A stretch of 64,000 nucleotides of DNA from Octopus sinensis (GCF_006345805.1 NC_043016.1:10974001-11038000), one strand, 5' to 3'. Counted from the stretch's first letter, positions 1 to 13,089 are shown. The notes: generated from the sequence alone by a model not told the origin. Made by a program: numbers and translations.

Positions 1-747
1 TGAGAAGCAATTACTTATCATAATGACTAATTCTGTTCAAGAGAGGCAAGGGAGGGAATTCCTGATTTTAAATTAATTAAAAATAGAATACAGTAAGGAG
101 TGATCTGCCTAAAATAATATACTGGATTTTTTGTGAAGGAACACATGGTTCAGTTATAAGTTAGGTGTAGTAATGCTACTCAGGTAACACAAAAATACCT
201 GGGGATGGGTGTATAAATAATAACCAAGGATGCATGCTAACATAGCTGATGTAATTTGGCAAGTACAGTAACAACTCTGGTGGATATATTTCAACCTTAT
301 TTGACCTCTTCAGTGAAGTACAGCCTAACTGGCTCCATATGAACATCAACCATATTGAATACATGATATGCAGAAATGTCTCAACTTACATCAATAATTG
401 GTTCTAAGACATACAACTTACTTCAAAAATTGACAAAACATGTAAAAGCATTTTAATAAATATATTAGGTTATGTCTGTTTTAATAAGTGGTTTTACTCT
501 TTTACCTGTGTCAGTCATTTGACTGGAGCAACGTACATATTTTTAGATGTACTTTATTTGATTTTATACTTCAGTATTCGCTTTTAGGCATTAATTTTTT
601 AGTTTTCATGCTTTTAAATATGTTTGCTGAAACCAATATGAAGTCGGATAAATCTTTTTAAAAATTACATGAATTCACAAAAAAGTAGTACCTCAAAATG
701 ACACAAGTTGAAGAATGCTTGTACATCGTATTTATATAGTCTATGTT

Positions 748-993
748 GGTACTACTAGCGAACAGTGGTTCCGGTGTGCGCACTCGCGCATCTGCGCTAG
801 CTAGTGGTAAGTAGTCGATCCTACAACGACTTTTTAACCCTAAACCTAACCCTAATTTTTTAACCCTAACCCTAGTTTGTTTATAAAAATAATTTATTTA
901 CTTAGTTTAAAAAATTGTAGGATCGACTACTTACAACTAGCTAGCGAGGACGCACAAGTGTGTGCACCGGGACCACTGTTCGCTTGTAGTACC
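748..993. mobile_element. MULE/Mutator-like MITE with ~85-bp TIRs, 9-bp TSD and internal TAACCC telomere-like repeats
   Basis: Left GGTACTACTAGCGAACAGTGGTTCCGGTG... is the reverse complement of right ...CACCGGGACCACTGTTCGCTTGTAGTACC. Flanks are GTCTATGTT (739-747) and GTCTACGTT (994-1002); a 9-bp TSD with long TIRs is typical of Mutator. Confidence 0.8.
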
Positions 994-1119
994 GTCTACG
1001 TTTGAGTTACTGTTGTTGTTTAACCCCAGGTCGGCGTTCATTAAAATATTACTGGTGCTTTGGTTAATTAATTATTTCATACTGTTTATTTATCCACCTC
1101 TTCCCAGCCAATTAAGAGG

Positions 1120-1350
1120 AAAACCACATAAAATGAAAGACAAGGTGCCCCATACTGAAATCCTCCTGAGAGCAGGGATCTTTAGCGCTGAAACCAGCAT
1201 CTTTTGTCATTTTCTCTACTGGGTTTGCCATGTAATTCAGATGCCAGGTAACTGGCTCCCAAAGATGGTCTGCTTCAATGAGATTGAGACTAGAAGTAGG
1301 GGTCATGGATATCTAAAACTTCATTTTCAGGATAATCTTTCAAGCTCATT
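1120..1350 (+). mobile_element. RTE-type LINE ORF2 C-terminal fragment (decayed)
   Basis: KVPHTEILLRAGI...YWVCHVIQMPGNWLPKMV resembles the RTE/BovB C-terminal LRWAGHV.RM...RLPK motif. Confidence 0.6.
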
Positions 1351-1481
1351 GCTTTGACCCTTTGGTACCAACCCTCAGTAGACTGTCTCTGATTTTATGA
1401 TACAAACTTCTCGTTTGAGGTGATTTAAATTAAAATCTTCCATCAAGATTAATTGAAACAAAGGTAATGTATTTCATTATA

Positions 1482-3751
1482 TTGGGTTGTCCGGAAAGTT
1501 TGTGCCGATTTGTAAAGGAAAGAAAAAGGTCAAAAAATAATTACCATTACATTTTTAATCAACCAAATATGAACCATTTTGTTGCACAATGCGTCTCCAT
1601 CTTTCCTTTAACTTGAAAATACCCTCTTCCCAGTATTGAGGTGGTTTCATGGCAAAGAATTCATCAAGGTATCTTTTTATGTCATTCAAGGAATTGAAAT
1701 TTTTACCATTATGACTATTCTGCAGAGACCTGAATAAGTGGAAATCTGAAGGAGCAGCATCCGGTAAATATGGAGGGTGGAGTGACACATCCCAGCTGAG
1801 CTGCAGCAATTTTTGTCTGGTTCCCAAAGCATCAAGTGCCGAAAATGAACTTTCTTATCTTCCATTTTAAAGGGTTACAGAATTAACACAGGTTATAGGA
1901 ACATAAACCTTCCATGAAACGATATCTTAAACTGTGCTCTATGATTTTTTTATTCACCATACAGTTTTACACAGAGGGGACACGAAACCTAAAAAAAATA
2001 ATCGTATGATAAGACGAGAAAAAGAGTGAAAATGAGAGATGAAAGTGATGTTAATTGCTCCATCAGTCAACATCACTTACTTGTCCTTTTTCCTATTTCA
2101 CTGCGAAAACCACAAAGTCCCCAAATTTTATCTCATATATTTTTTCGAGTTTGTCCCTCTTTTCCTGTTCCAACCTTCCCCTTATTAACATATATACATT
2201 TCCAAGTTCATCTTTAAGTTCCTCCACCTGATTTTTCGATAATACTACTTCCATTCCCTCATGCTAGCTATCTGGTATTTCTACTTTTCCTCATATAAAT
2301 ACTCACTGTCTATTATTCCAATGCAATATTCTTCAGGACAGGAGTTTTGTGTTATCATTTGTGTGCATATTTTCTGTTTTCTTGTTGGTGTGGAGTGGGT
2401 GGGTTTGGTGTCTGCAGAGACAGGGTGGGCCACAAAGGGTGTGGATGGTACTGGGGTGGGTTGGGGTTCAGAGTCACTTGCCTTTTTTTCTTTTTCACAG
2501 CATTCTTTTTCCTGTGGATTCCCATTCTTTTTCATCTTCCTTCACTTGTCTCTCTTCCTCTGCTGTTTCCTTCTGCTCCTCCTGGGGTGTTTCTGTTTCT
2601 TTCATTGTTTCTTTGTTTATTTCCTTAACTGTTGTAGTGCAGTTCGTTCTTATGTGACCTTTCAGGCCGCATTTAAGGCATCGAGGGGCTCTGCCCTCCA
2701 CCCATACTCTCATTGTTATGTCGTTTATCGTAATGGTTTCCAATAAATTTTCTAAAATTTCCATTTCCACTTGGACGCTCATTTCCAGCGTCTCTCCTCT
2801 TTATCCCCCTTCCTCGGTTATAATCTCTTGGACTATATCTACTTTCTCTCATTTCCAAAGATAACCACTGCTACTATCAATTCTGCGTCGACATCCAGTG
2901 GTACTCCAACCACCCTAATTCTTGTAGTTCTTCTCCCCAGATAAGAGGGTAAAAGTGTTACCTTATCTGTTTTGACTGTCCTTGCTGCCATTCTTCTTGC
3001 CGTTTCTTCATCTTTGAACTGCACTACCACTGTGCCATACTTGTTTCCTCTTGCGAGGAAGATTATCTTTTCCTCCGTTGTTTTGAGGGTGTCCGCCACC
3101 GTTTCCATACTTATTAAATCCACTCTTTTCTTCTCATTAGCAAATACTCGATACGTAATTTTTTTCCTTTCCATCCTGTTCTTTTTTCTGTGTGACAGTA
3201 ATCGTTCCACATCTCCGTTTACCTTTTTAATCATTTCTTGTCAGTCCGGTAACTTTGCCGGATTCATTTCTCTTTTCGTTGGTTTCGTCGCTCCAATATA
3301 TGTTCTTCCTTGTAAGACCATGTCTAGTCTTCCTACCGCCTCTACTAACTCTTCTTTGGAAGACGATGAGTCCGACTCGCTCGTAAACATTCTTCTTTCC
3401 GTTTCCTCTATTCCTCTTCTAAAAGAGGGGAAACCCATTTTTGTTCGTCTGTCTCAAACAGACAGACAAAATTCAACAGTCAAAATCAATAAAAACTAAG
3501 AAACCTTATAACAAAAACCATCCTTTCAGAATTACCAACAGATCCAAACGCATAACTTCATTTTCACAAGAACAACATAATATCTTGACTGCACAAGCTC
3601 CAAAAAACATGTGTTCAGCAATCCAACGATTGCTTAAACTGTGCTCTAAATGGAGGTGTAGTCAAATCCTATTTTATGGACTCAACCATGTTCTAAAATA
3701 AGTCAAAAGGTAAGCTACTATAAATTGGCATGAACTTTCTGGATAACCCAA
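1482..3751 (-). mobile_element. Internally deleted mariner element, split by a retroelement insertion
   Basis: TIRs TTGGGTTGTCCGGAAAG... and ...CTTTCTGGATAACCCAA with TA flanks; residual transposase HPPYLPDAAPSDFHLFRSLQN (1555-1827); near-identical uninterrupted copy at 18408-18968. Confidence 0.9.
1942..3632 (-). mobile_element. ORF1-only (HAL1-like) non-LTR retroelement encoding a disrupted Gag-like zinc-knuckle protein
   Basis: Perfect 16-bp TSD CTTAAACTGTGCTCTA (1926-1941 and 3633-3648); A-rich tail at ~1945; ORF pieces 3438-2281 with CLKCGLKGHIRTNC (CCHC); no EN/RT motifs seen. Confidence 0.8.
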
Positions 3752-4247
3752 TATATTATAACAAAAGAGTTGAAGTGTTCTAAATTAAAACCTTCTTCCA
3801 TCTAAATTCCACGTTAATTAATATTTCAAACACCAGCTTAATAATAACAAAATTATTTTACTAAATTCTTCATTATTTTCAAGACGAATCATCGAAACAA
3901 AAGCTGTGTATTTCAACAGAATCATGGTAATTATTAAAAGGGTTTAAAGTGATCTAAATTATAATCCTCCTTCAAAATTTCATGATAATTTATATTCCAA
4001 AAGACCAGGTAAATAATAGCAAAGATATTTTACTAAATTCTTTGATATTAACTGGAACAAAGGCAATGTATTTTTACAGAAATATAATAACAAAAAGGTT
4101 AAACAGTCTATAAACATACAGTGAATAAATGGCAAGAAAGTAAGATATGCAATGTTTTAACTCAAAACTGTGTGATACCAAATTATTTAAAATATTTAAA
4201 ATGTTGAAATATGAATCCTTTGCTTAGAAAATATAACAAAAAAGAAT

Positions 4248-4399
4248 TGATAAAGTGGTGGTATGTTGTCAACTTAATGTGACAGTCCCATGAAAGGGAA
4301 GAATACTACTGCTATTTAGCCCTAGGGCTAAATAGCAGTAGCATTCTCTCCTTTCATGGGACTGTCACATTAAGTTGACAACATACCACAACTTTATCA
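4248..4399. repeat. ~152-bp near-perfect spacerless palindrome
   Basis: Centred on CCT/AGG (4323/4324); arms GGTATGTTGTCAACTTAATGTGACAGTCCCATGAAAGG... and its reverse complement, with few mismatches. Confidence 0.95.
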
Positions 4400-4442
4400 T
4401 GTTACTACTGTATAAATTTCTCTGAGAGGTTTAGAAATGTAT

Positions 4443-5520
4443 TCATCATCATCATCGTTTAATGTCTGCTTTCCATGCTAGCATGGGTTGGACGTGTGAC
4501 TGAGGGCTGGCGAACCTGATGGCTGCACCAGGCTTCAATCTTGATCTGGCAGAGTTTCTACAGCTGGATGCCCTTCCTAACGCCAACCACCCCGAGAGTG
4601 TAGTGGGTGCTTTTACGTGCCACCAGCACGGGGCCAGTCAGGCAGTACTGGCAACGACCTCGCTCGAATCTTTTACACATGCCACTGGCGCGGGTGCCAG
4701 TAAGGCGAAGCTGGTAACGATCACGCTCGAATGGTGTTTTTTACGTGCCACCGGCATGGAGGCCAGATAGCCACTCTGGCAACGATCACGCTCGGATGGT
4801 GCCCTTAGCACCCTTCTAGCATGGGGCTCAAGTGCCAGTAGTCGACACTGGTAACGATCTCGCTTGAATGGTGCCTTTTAAGTGCCACTGGCACAGAAAA
4901 AGAAATGAGTAGCTATCAAAGAGGGTGGAATATACCAAACACTACTATTTTACAGATCATACAGCGACATACACATAAAGCGAGTCAAGAAGAAAGTTTT
5001 TATGTGGTTAGAAATAGCTGCCAAATATTCTTCAAATCATATGCACATTGTTCACGTAAAAAGCACCATCTGAACGTGGCCGATGCCAGCGCTGCCTTGA
5101 CTGGCTTCTGTGCCGGTGACACATGACCTGCTGTGCTTGAGGAGATCTATTGAGTCTAGTACAGCAACATCAAAATAAATATCAAATGGAAATTGTAGTT
5201 GTGATACCTGTGCCGGTGGCACGTAAAAAGCACCATCCAAACGTGGCCGATGCCAGCGTTGCCTTGACTGGCTTCTGTGCCGGTGGCACGTAAAAAGCAC
5301 CATCTGATCATGGCCGTTGCCAGCCTCCCCTGGCATGTAAAAAGCACCCACTACACTCACAGAGTGGTTGGTGTTAGGAAGGGCATCAAGCTGTAGAAAC
5401 ACTGACAGATCAGACTGGAGCCTGGTGCAGCCCCTGGCTTCCCAGACCCCGGTCGAACCGTCCAACCCATACTAGCATGGAAAACGGACGTTAAACGATG
5501 ATGATGATGATGATGATGAT
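4443..5520. mobile_element. Two oppositely oriented copies (4443-4895, 5050-5520) of the abundant (ATG)n-tailed SINE-like family
   Basis: Shared core CATGCTAGCATGGGTTGGAC...CAGCTGGATGCCCTTCCTAACGCCAACCAC. Other copies at ~17975, 20790, 24540, 29950, 31800, 34870, 35975, 40430, 42845, 48505, 50655. Confidence 0.8.
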
Positions 5521-5835
5521 AAAGGAAAGGACATATTAGTTAATGTAATCTTAGATACTCCTAAAAACATAGGATAATCCTAGCTAGCATGTTCAGGCAG
5601 GATTGACCTGGTGTTAAGCAATGATTAGAACTAAAGCAAACTTTTATGTTTGAATTGAAGTGGTTACAGTATGTTTTGCTAGTGAGGTCATATAGGCTGA
5701 AACATGTCCAGGATTATCTTTTCACTGTTAAAGGTCAGGTTCACACCCCAACTGAACTGAAGTTTTAAAAAATTTGAAATTAATTCAAAGTAATTAAAAA
5801 TGCAATAAGTTAAGATAATGTCTCGCCCCTCTACA

Positions 5836-6210
5836 TAGGTGCAGGCATGGCCACGTGATAAGAAATTTGCTTCCAACCACATAGTTCTGGGCTCAACCCA
5901 CTGCACGACATCTTGGGCAAGCATCCTTGGGCCAACTAAGGTGTTACAAGTGTTTCTGGTACACGGAAGCTGAAAGAAGCTCTTCTATGTGTGTGTGTGT
6001 GCATGTCTCTTTCCATGACCACTGCTTGACAACTGATATTGGTTTCCTAATGCCCCTGTAACTTAGCAGTTCAGCAAAAGGAAACTAATAAGATAAATAC
6101 CAAACTTCAAAAAAAAAGAAGTACTGAGGATGATTCATTTGACTAAAACCCTTCAAGGTTGTGCCCCCGCATGGCCACAGTCCAATGACTGAAACAAGTA
6201 GAAGATAAAA
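5836..6210 (+). mobile_element. tRNA-derived SINE (family A) whose 3' end seeds the downstream satellite
   Basis: Same head, body and tail as fuller copies at 11998-12360, 30385-30802, 33165-33547, 47268-47715 and 58537-58965; tail GGTGCTCCAGCATGGCC...GACTGAAACAAGTAAAA. Confidence 0.85.
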
Positions 6211-9200
6211 GATATACTGGGATTGATTTGTTCAACTAAAACCCTTCAAAGTGGTGCCCCAGCATGGCCACAGTCCAATGACTGAAACAAGTAAAAGAAA
6301 AAAGATATACTGGGATTGATTTGTTCAACTAAAACCATTCAAGTTGGTGCCCCAGCATGACCACAGTCCACTGACTGAAACCAGTAAAAGATAAAAGATA
6401 TACTGGGATTGATTTGTTCAACTAAAACCCTTCAAGGTGGTGCTCCAGTATGACCACACTCCAATGACTGAAACAAGTAAAAGATAAAAGATATACTGGG
6501 ATTGATTTGTTCAACTAAAACCCTTCAAGGTGGTGCCCCAGTATGGCCACAGTTCAATGACTGAAACAAGTAAAAGATAAAAGATATACTGGGATTGATT
6601 TGTTCAACTAAAACCCTTCAAGGTGGTGCCCCAGCATGGCCACAGTCCAATGACTGAAACAAGAAAAAGATAAAAGATATACTGGGATTGATTTGTTCAA
6701 CTAAAACCCTTCAAGGTGGTGCCCCAGCATGGCCACAGTCCAATGACTGAAACAAGTAAAAGATAAAAGATATACTGGGATTGATTTGTTCAACTAAAAC
6801 CCTTCAAGGTGGTGCCCCAGCATGGCCACAGTCCAATGACTGAAACAAGTAAATGATAAAAGATATACTGGGATTGATTTGTCCAACTAAAACCCTTCAA
6901 GGTGGTGCCCCAGCATGGCCACAGTCCAATGACTGAAACAAGTAAAAGATAAAAGATATACTGGGATTGATTTGTTCAACTAAAACCCTTCAAGGTGGTG
7001 CCCCAGCATGGCCACAGTCCAATGACTGAAACAAGAAAAAGATATACTGGGATTGATTTGTTCAACTAAAGCCCTTCAAGGTGGTGCCCCAGCATGGCCA
7101 CAATCCAATGACTGAAACAAGAAAAAGATAAAAGATATACTGGGATTGATTTGTTCAACTAAAACCCTTCAAGGTGGTGCCCCAGCATGGCCACAGTCCA
7201 ATGACTGAAACAAGTAAATGATAAAATATATACTGGGATTGATTTGTCCAACTAAAACCCTTCAAGGTGGTGCCCCAGCATGGCCAGAGTCCAATGACTG
7301 AAACAAGTAAATGATAAAAGATATACTGGGATTGATTTGTCCAACTAAAACCCTTCAAGGTGGTGCCCCAGCATGGCCACAGTCCAATGACTGAAACAAG
7401 AAAAAGATAAAAGATATACTGGGATTGATTTGTTCAACTAAAACCCTTCAAGGTGGTGCCCCAGCATGGCCACAGTCCAATGACTGAAACAAGTAAATGA
7501 TAAAAGATATACTGGGATTGATTTGTCCAACTAAAACCCTTCAAGGTGGTGCCCCAGCATGGCCAAAGTCCAATGACTGAAACAAGAAAAAGATAAAAGA
7601 TATACTGGGATTGATTTATTCAACTAAAGCCCTTCAAGGTGGTGCCCCAGCATGGCCACAGTTCAATGACTGAAACAAGAAAAAGATAAAAGATATACTG
7701 GGATTGATTTGTTCAACTAAAACGCTTCAAGGTGGTGCCACAGCATGGCCACAGTCCAATGACTGAAACAAGTAAAAGATAAAAGATATACTGGGATTGA
7801 TTTGTTCAACTAAAACCCTTCAAGGTGGTGCCCCAGCATGGCCACAGTCCAATGACTGAAACAAGAAAAAGATAAAAGATATACTGGGATTGATTTGTTC
7901 AACAAAAGCCCTTCAAGGTGGTGCCCCAGCATGGCCACAGTCAAATGACTGAAACAAGTAAATGATAAAAGATATACTGGGATTGATTTGTCCAACTAAA
8001 ACCCTTCAAGGTGGTGGTGCCCCAGCATGACCACAGTCCAATGACTGAAACAAGTAAAAGATAAAAGATATACTGGGATTGATTGTTCAACTAAAACCCT
8101 TCAAGGTGGTGCCCCAGCATGGCCACAGTCCAATGAGTGAAACAAGTAAAAGATAAAATATACTGGGATTGATTTGTTCAACTAAAACCCTTCAAGGTGG
8201 TGCTCCAGCATGGCCACAGTCCAATGACTGAAACAAGAAAAAGATAAAAGATATACTGGGATTGATTTGTTCAACTAAAACCCTTCAAGGTGGTGCCCCA
8301 GCATGGCCACAGTCCAATGACTGAAACAAGAAAAAGATAAAAGATATACTGGGATTGATTTGTTCAACTAAAACCCTCCAAGGTGGTGCCCCAGCATGGC
8401 CACAGTCCAATGACTGAAACAAGTAAAAGATAAAAGATATACTGGGATTGATTTGTTCAACTAAAGCCCTTCAAGGTGGTGCCCCAGCATGGCCACAGTC
8501 CAATGACTGAAACAAGTAAAAGATAAAAGATATACTGGGGTTGATTTGTTCAACTAAAACCCTTCAAGGTGGTGCCCCAGCATGGCCACAGTCCAATGAC
8601 TGAAACAAGAAAAAGATAAAAGATATACTGGGATTGATTTGTTCAACTAAAGCCCTTCAAGGTGGTGCCCCAGCATGGCCACAATCCAATGACTGAAACA
8701 AGAAAAAGATAAAAGATATACTGGGATTGATTTGTTCAACTAAAACCCTTCAAGGTGGTGCCCCAGCATGGCCACAGTCCAATGACTGAAACAAATAAAT
8801 GATAAAAGATATACTGGGATTGATTTGTCCAACTAAAACCCTTCAAGGTGGTGCCCCAGCATGGCCACAGTCCAATGACTGAAACAAGAAAAAGATAAAA
8901 GATATACTGGGATTGATTTGTTCAACTAAAGCCCTTCAAGGTGGTGCCCCAGCATGGCCACAATCCAATGACTGAAACAAGAAAAAGATAAAAGATATAC
9001 TGGGATTGATTTGTTGAAGTAAAACCCTTCAAGGTGGTGCCCCAGCATGGCCAGAGTCCAATGACTGAAACAAGTAAATGATAAAAGATATACTGGGATT
9101 GATTTGTCCAACTAAAACCCTTCAAGGTGGTGCCCCAGCATGGCCACAGTCCAATGACTGAAACAAGTAAAAGATAAAAGATATACTGGGATTGATTTGT

Positions 9201-11684
9201 TCAACTAAAACCCTTCAAGGTGGTGCCCCAGCATGGCCACACTCCAATGACTGAAACAAGTAAATGATAAAAGATATACTGGGATTGATTTGTTCAACTA
9301 AAACCCTTCAAGGTGGTGCTCCAGCATGGCCACAGTCCAATGACTGAAACAAGTAAAAGATAAAAGATATACTGGGATTGATTTGTTCAACTAAAACCCT
9401 TCAAGGTGCTGCCCCAGCATGACCACAGTCCAATGACTGAAACAAGAAAAAGATAAAAGATATACTGGGATTGATTTGTTCAACTAAAACCCCTCAAGGT
9501 GGTGCTCCAGCATGGCCACAGTCCAATGACTGAAACAAGTAAAAGATAAAAGATATACTGGGATTGATTTGTTCAACTAAAACCCCTCAAGGTGGTGCTC
9601 CAGCATGGCCACAGTCCAATGACTGAAACAAGTAAAAGATAAAAGATATACTGGGATTGATTTGTTCAACTAAAACCCTTCAAGGTGGTGCCCCAGCATG
9701 GCCACAGTCCAATGACTGAAACAAGAAAAAGATAAAAGATATACTGGGATTGATTTGTTCAACTAAAACCCTTCAAGGTGGTGCCCCAGCATGGCCACAG
9801 TCCAATGACTGTAACAAGAAAAAGATAAAAGATATACTGGGATTGATTTGTTCAACTAAAACCCTTCAAGGTGGTGCCCCAGCATGGCCACAGTCCAATG
9901 AGTGAAACAAGTAAAAGATAAAAGATATACTGGGATTGATTTGTTCAAGTAATACCCTTCAAGGTGGTGCCCCAGCATGGCCACAGTCCAATGACTGAAA
10001 CAAGTAAAAGATAAAAGATATACTGGGATTGATTTGTTCAACTAAAACCCTTCAAGGTGGTGCCCCAGCATGGCCACAGTCCAATGAGTGAAACAAGTAA
10101 AAGATAAAAGATATACTGGGATTGATTTGTTCAAGTAATACCCTTCAAGGTGGTGCCCCAGCATGGCCACAGTCCAATGACTGAAACAAGTAAAAGATAA
10201 AAGATATACTGGGATTGATTTGTTCAACTAAAACCCTTCAAGGTGGTGCCCCAGCATGGCCACAGTCCAATGACTGAAACAAGTAAAAGATAAAAGATAT
10301 ACTGGGATTGATTTGTTCAACTAAAACCCTTCAAGGTGGTGCCCCAGCATGGCCACAGTCAATGACTGAAACAAGTAAAAGATAAAAGATACTGGGATTG
10401 ATTTGTTCAACTAAAACCCTTCAAGGTGGTGCCCCAGCATGGCCACAGTCCAATGACTGAAACAAGTAAAAGATAAAAGATATACTGGGATTGATTTGTT
10501 CAACTAAAGCCCTTCAAGGTGGTGCCCCAGCATGGCCACAGTCCAATGACTGAAACAAGAAAAAGATAAAAGATATACTGGGATTGATTTGTTCAACTAA
10601 AACCCTTCAAGGTGGTGCCCCAGCATGACCACAGTCCAATGACTGAAACAAGTAAAAGATAAAAGATATACTGGGATTGATTTGTTCAACTAAAACCCTT
10701 CAAGGTGGTGCCCCAGCATGGCCACAGTCCAATGACTGAAACAAGTAAAAGATAAAAGATATACTGGGATTGATTTGTTCAACTAAAGCCCTTCAAGGTG
10801 ATGCCCCAGCATGGCCACAGTCCAATGACTGAAACAAGAAAAAGATAAAAGATATACTGGGATTGATTTGTTTAACTAAAACCCTTCAAGGTGGTGCCCC
10901 AGCATGGCCACAGTTCAATGACTGAAACAAGAAAAAGATAAAAGATATACTGGGATTGATTTGTTCAACTAAAACCCTTCAAGGTGGTGCCCCAGCATGG
11001 CCACAGTCCAATGACTGAAACAAGTAAAAGATAAAAGATATACTGGGATTGATTTGTTCAACTAAAACCCTTCAAGGTGGTGCCCCAGCATGGCCACAGT
11101 CCAATGAGCGAAACAAGTAAAAGATAAAAGATATACTGGGATTGATTTGTTCAACTAAAGCCCTTCAAGGTGGTGCCCCAGCATGGCCACAGTCCAATGA
11201 CTGAAACAAGTAAAAGATAAAAGATATACTGGGATTGATTTGTTCAACTAAAACCCTTCAAGGTGGTGCCCCAGCATGGCCACAGTCCAATGACTGAAAC
11301 AAGTAAAAGATAAAAGATATACTGGGATTGATTTGTTCAACTAAAACCCTTCAAGGTGGTGCCCCAGCATGGCCACAGTTCAATGACTGAAACAAGAAAA
11401 AGATAAAAGATATACTGGGATTGATTTGTTCAACTAAAACCCTTCAAGGTGGTGCCCCAGCATGGCCACAGTCCAATGACTGAAACAAGTAAAAGATAAA
11501 ATATACTGGGATTGATTTGTTTAACTAAAACCCTTCAAGGTGGTGCCCCAGCATGGCCACAGTCCAATGACTGAAACAAGTAAAAGATAAAAGATATACT
11601 GAGATTGATTTGTTCAACTAAAACCCTTCAAGGTGGTGCCCCAGCATGGCCACAGTCCAATGACTGAAACAAGTAAATGACAAA
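6118..11684 (+). repeat. Tandem array of a 93-bp unit, ~60 copies
   Basis: Unit GATATACTGGGATTGATTTGTTCAACTAAAACCCTTCAAGGTGGTGCCCCAGCATGGCCACAGTCCAATGACTGAAACAAGTAAAAGATAAAA starts at 6211, 6304, etc.; no spacers. Confidence 0.98.
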
Positions 11685-11848
11685 AGCTGAACGTAATTCT
11701 CATCATCGTGGGAACAAGTTTGGTCTTCTTTATCCTGGTAGTTAGTAGAGTTTGTATTATCCCTACAACCCAAAAAGCCAAACCAGCAACAATTTTAGCC
11801 ACCGGCAGGTCTAACCAAACTACGTAGCTCTGAAACTGTGGATCTGAC

Positions 11849-12354
11849 CAATGGTTCTCAACTGGGATCCATATGATCATTAGGGGTTCGTACAACAATT
11901 GAGGGTCCACGTAATATTTTGTTTTTAGTATTTATGTGCAATAAACAGGTTATGCTTCTACAATACACAAAATTTTTATACAATTTTTTATACAATGTAG
12001 GCGTAGGAGTGGCTGTGTGGTAAGTAGCTTGCTTACCAAGTACATGGTTCCAGGTTCAATCCCACTGCATGGCACCTTGGGCAAGTGTCTTCTACTATAG
12101 CCTTGTGAGTGGATTTGGTAGACAGAAATTGAAGGAAGCCCATCGTATATGTGTATATATATATATGTGTGTGTGTTTGTCCCACCAACATTGCTTGACA
12201 ACCAATGCTGGTGTGTTTACATCCCCGTAACTTAGCGGTTCGGCAAAAGAGACCGATAGAATAAGTACTAGGCTTACAAAGAATAAGTCCTGGGGTCGAT
12301 TTGCTCGACTAAAGGTGGTGCTCCAGCATGGCCGCAGTCAAATGACTGAAACAA

Positions 12355-12404
<50 letters not shown>

Positions 12405-12530
12405 ATTCTCAATATTTAATTATACAAATATAATAGGATTTTCTTAAACATTGAATGGCTCTGAGGGTTCCAGTAGAGTACGTTAGGAATGCGAAGGGGT
12501 CCATAGGCAGAAAATGGCTGAGAAAAACTG
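11849..12530. mobile_element. hAT-like MITE interrupted by a family-A SINE with a (GA)n tail
   Basis: Ends CAATGGTTCTCAAC and GCTGAGAAAAACTG; similar to the 54484-55171 element; SINE at 11998-12400. Confidence 0.55.
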
Positions 12531-13089
12531 GATTAGACTTAATAAGAATCAACAGCAGAAACCTTAGAAAACAGGATGTCTGATTCAGAGTTTTGTCCGT
12601 GGAATCAATTAATCAATGGGGAAAACCTGCAAAATGTAGGAAGAAGAGAACTTGTATTGATGCTATTGATAAGGTCACCTAGTTCTGGAAGTGAACCACT
12701 GCTAGCATCTGTAGGATTGGTGTTCTTGAATGTCAATCAACGGACAAAAGAAAATACAGTTTTGGTTTATTGTAGGTACGGATGTGACTTTGCGGTAAGG
12801 AGTTTGCTTCCCCAACCATAGGGTTCCGGGTTCAGTCCCACTGCACGGCACCTTGACTAAATGTCTTCTACTATAGCTCTCGGCCAACCAAAGCCTTGTG
12901 AGTGGTTTTGGTAGAGAGTAACTGAAAGAAGCTCATTGTGTGTATCTATGAATATATGTGTGTATTTAGATATATATAAATATACTATTATATATATATA
13001 ATATATATATATATAAATATATAGAAATGAATCTAAATATACATATATGTATATAAATATATATAAATAAATGCATATACATATGTATG

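Larger units (their letters stand above)
1355..4102. mobile_element. piggyBac-like MITE family (CCCTTT...AAAGGG ends, internal tandem subunits), interrupted by nested insertions
   Basis: 1355-1480 and 3752-4102 resemble the TTAA-flanked element at 63634-63854; repeated subunits at 3770-4100. Confidence 0.5.

Noticed and set aside
835-875. True telomere or chromosome fusion site
   Set aside because: Only a few degenerate units, located inside a TIR element.
2261-3499. Plus-strand hydrophobic ORFs (2261-2746, 2972-3499)
   Set aside because: They are antisense shadows of the purine-rich minus-strand ORF1.
6118-11684. CRISPR-like array or repeat-protein gene
   Set aside because: There are no unique spacers and no cas genes, the context is eukaryotic, and the 93-bp unit frames are interrupted by stops.
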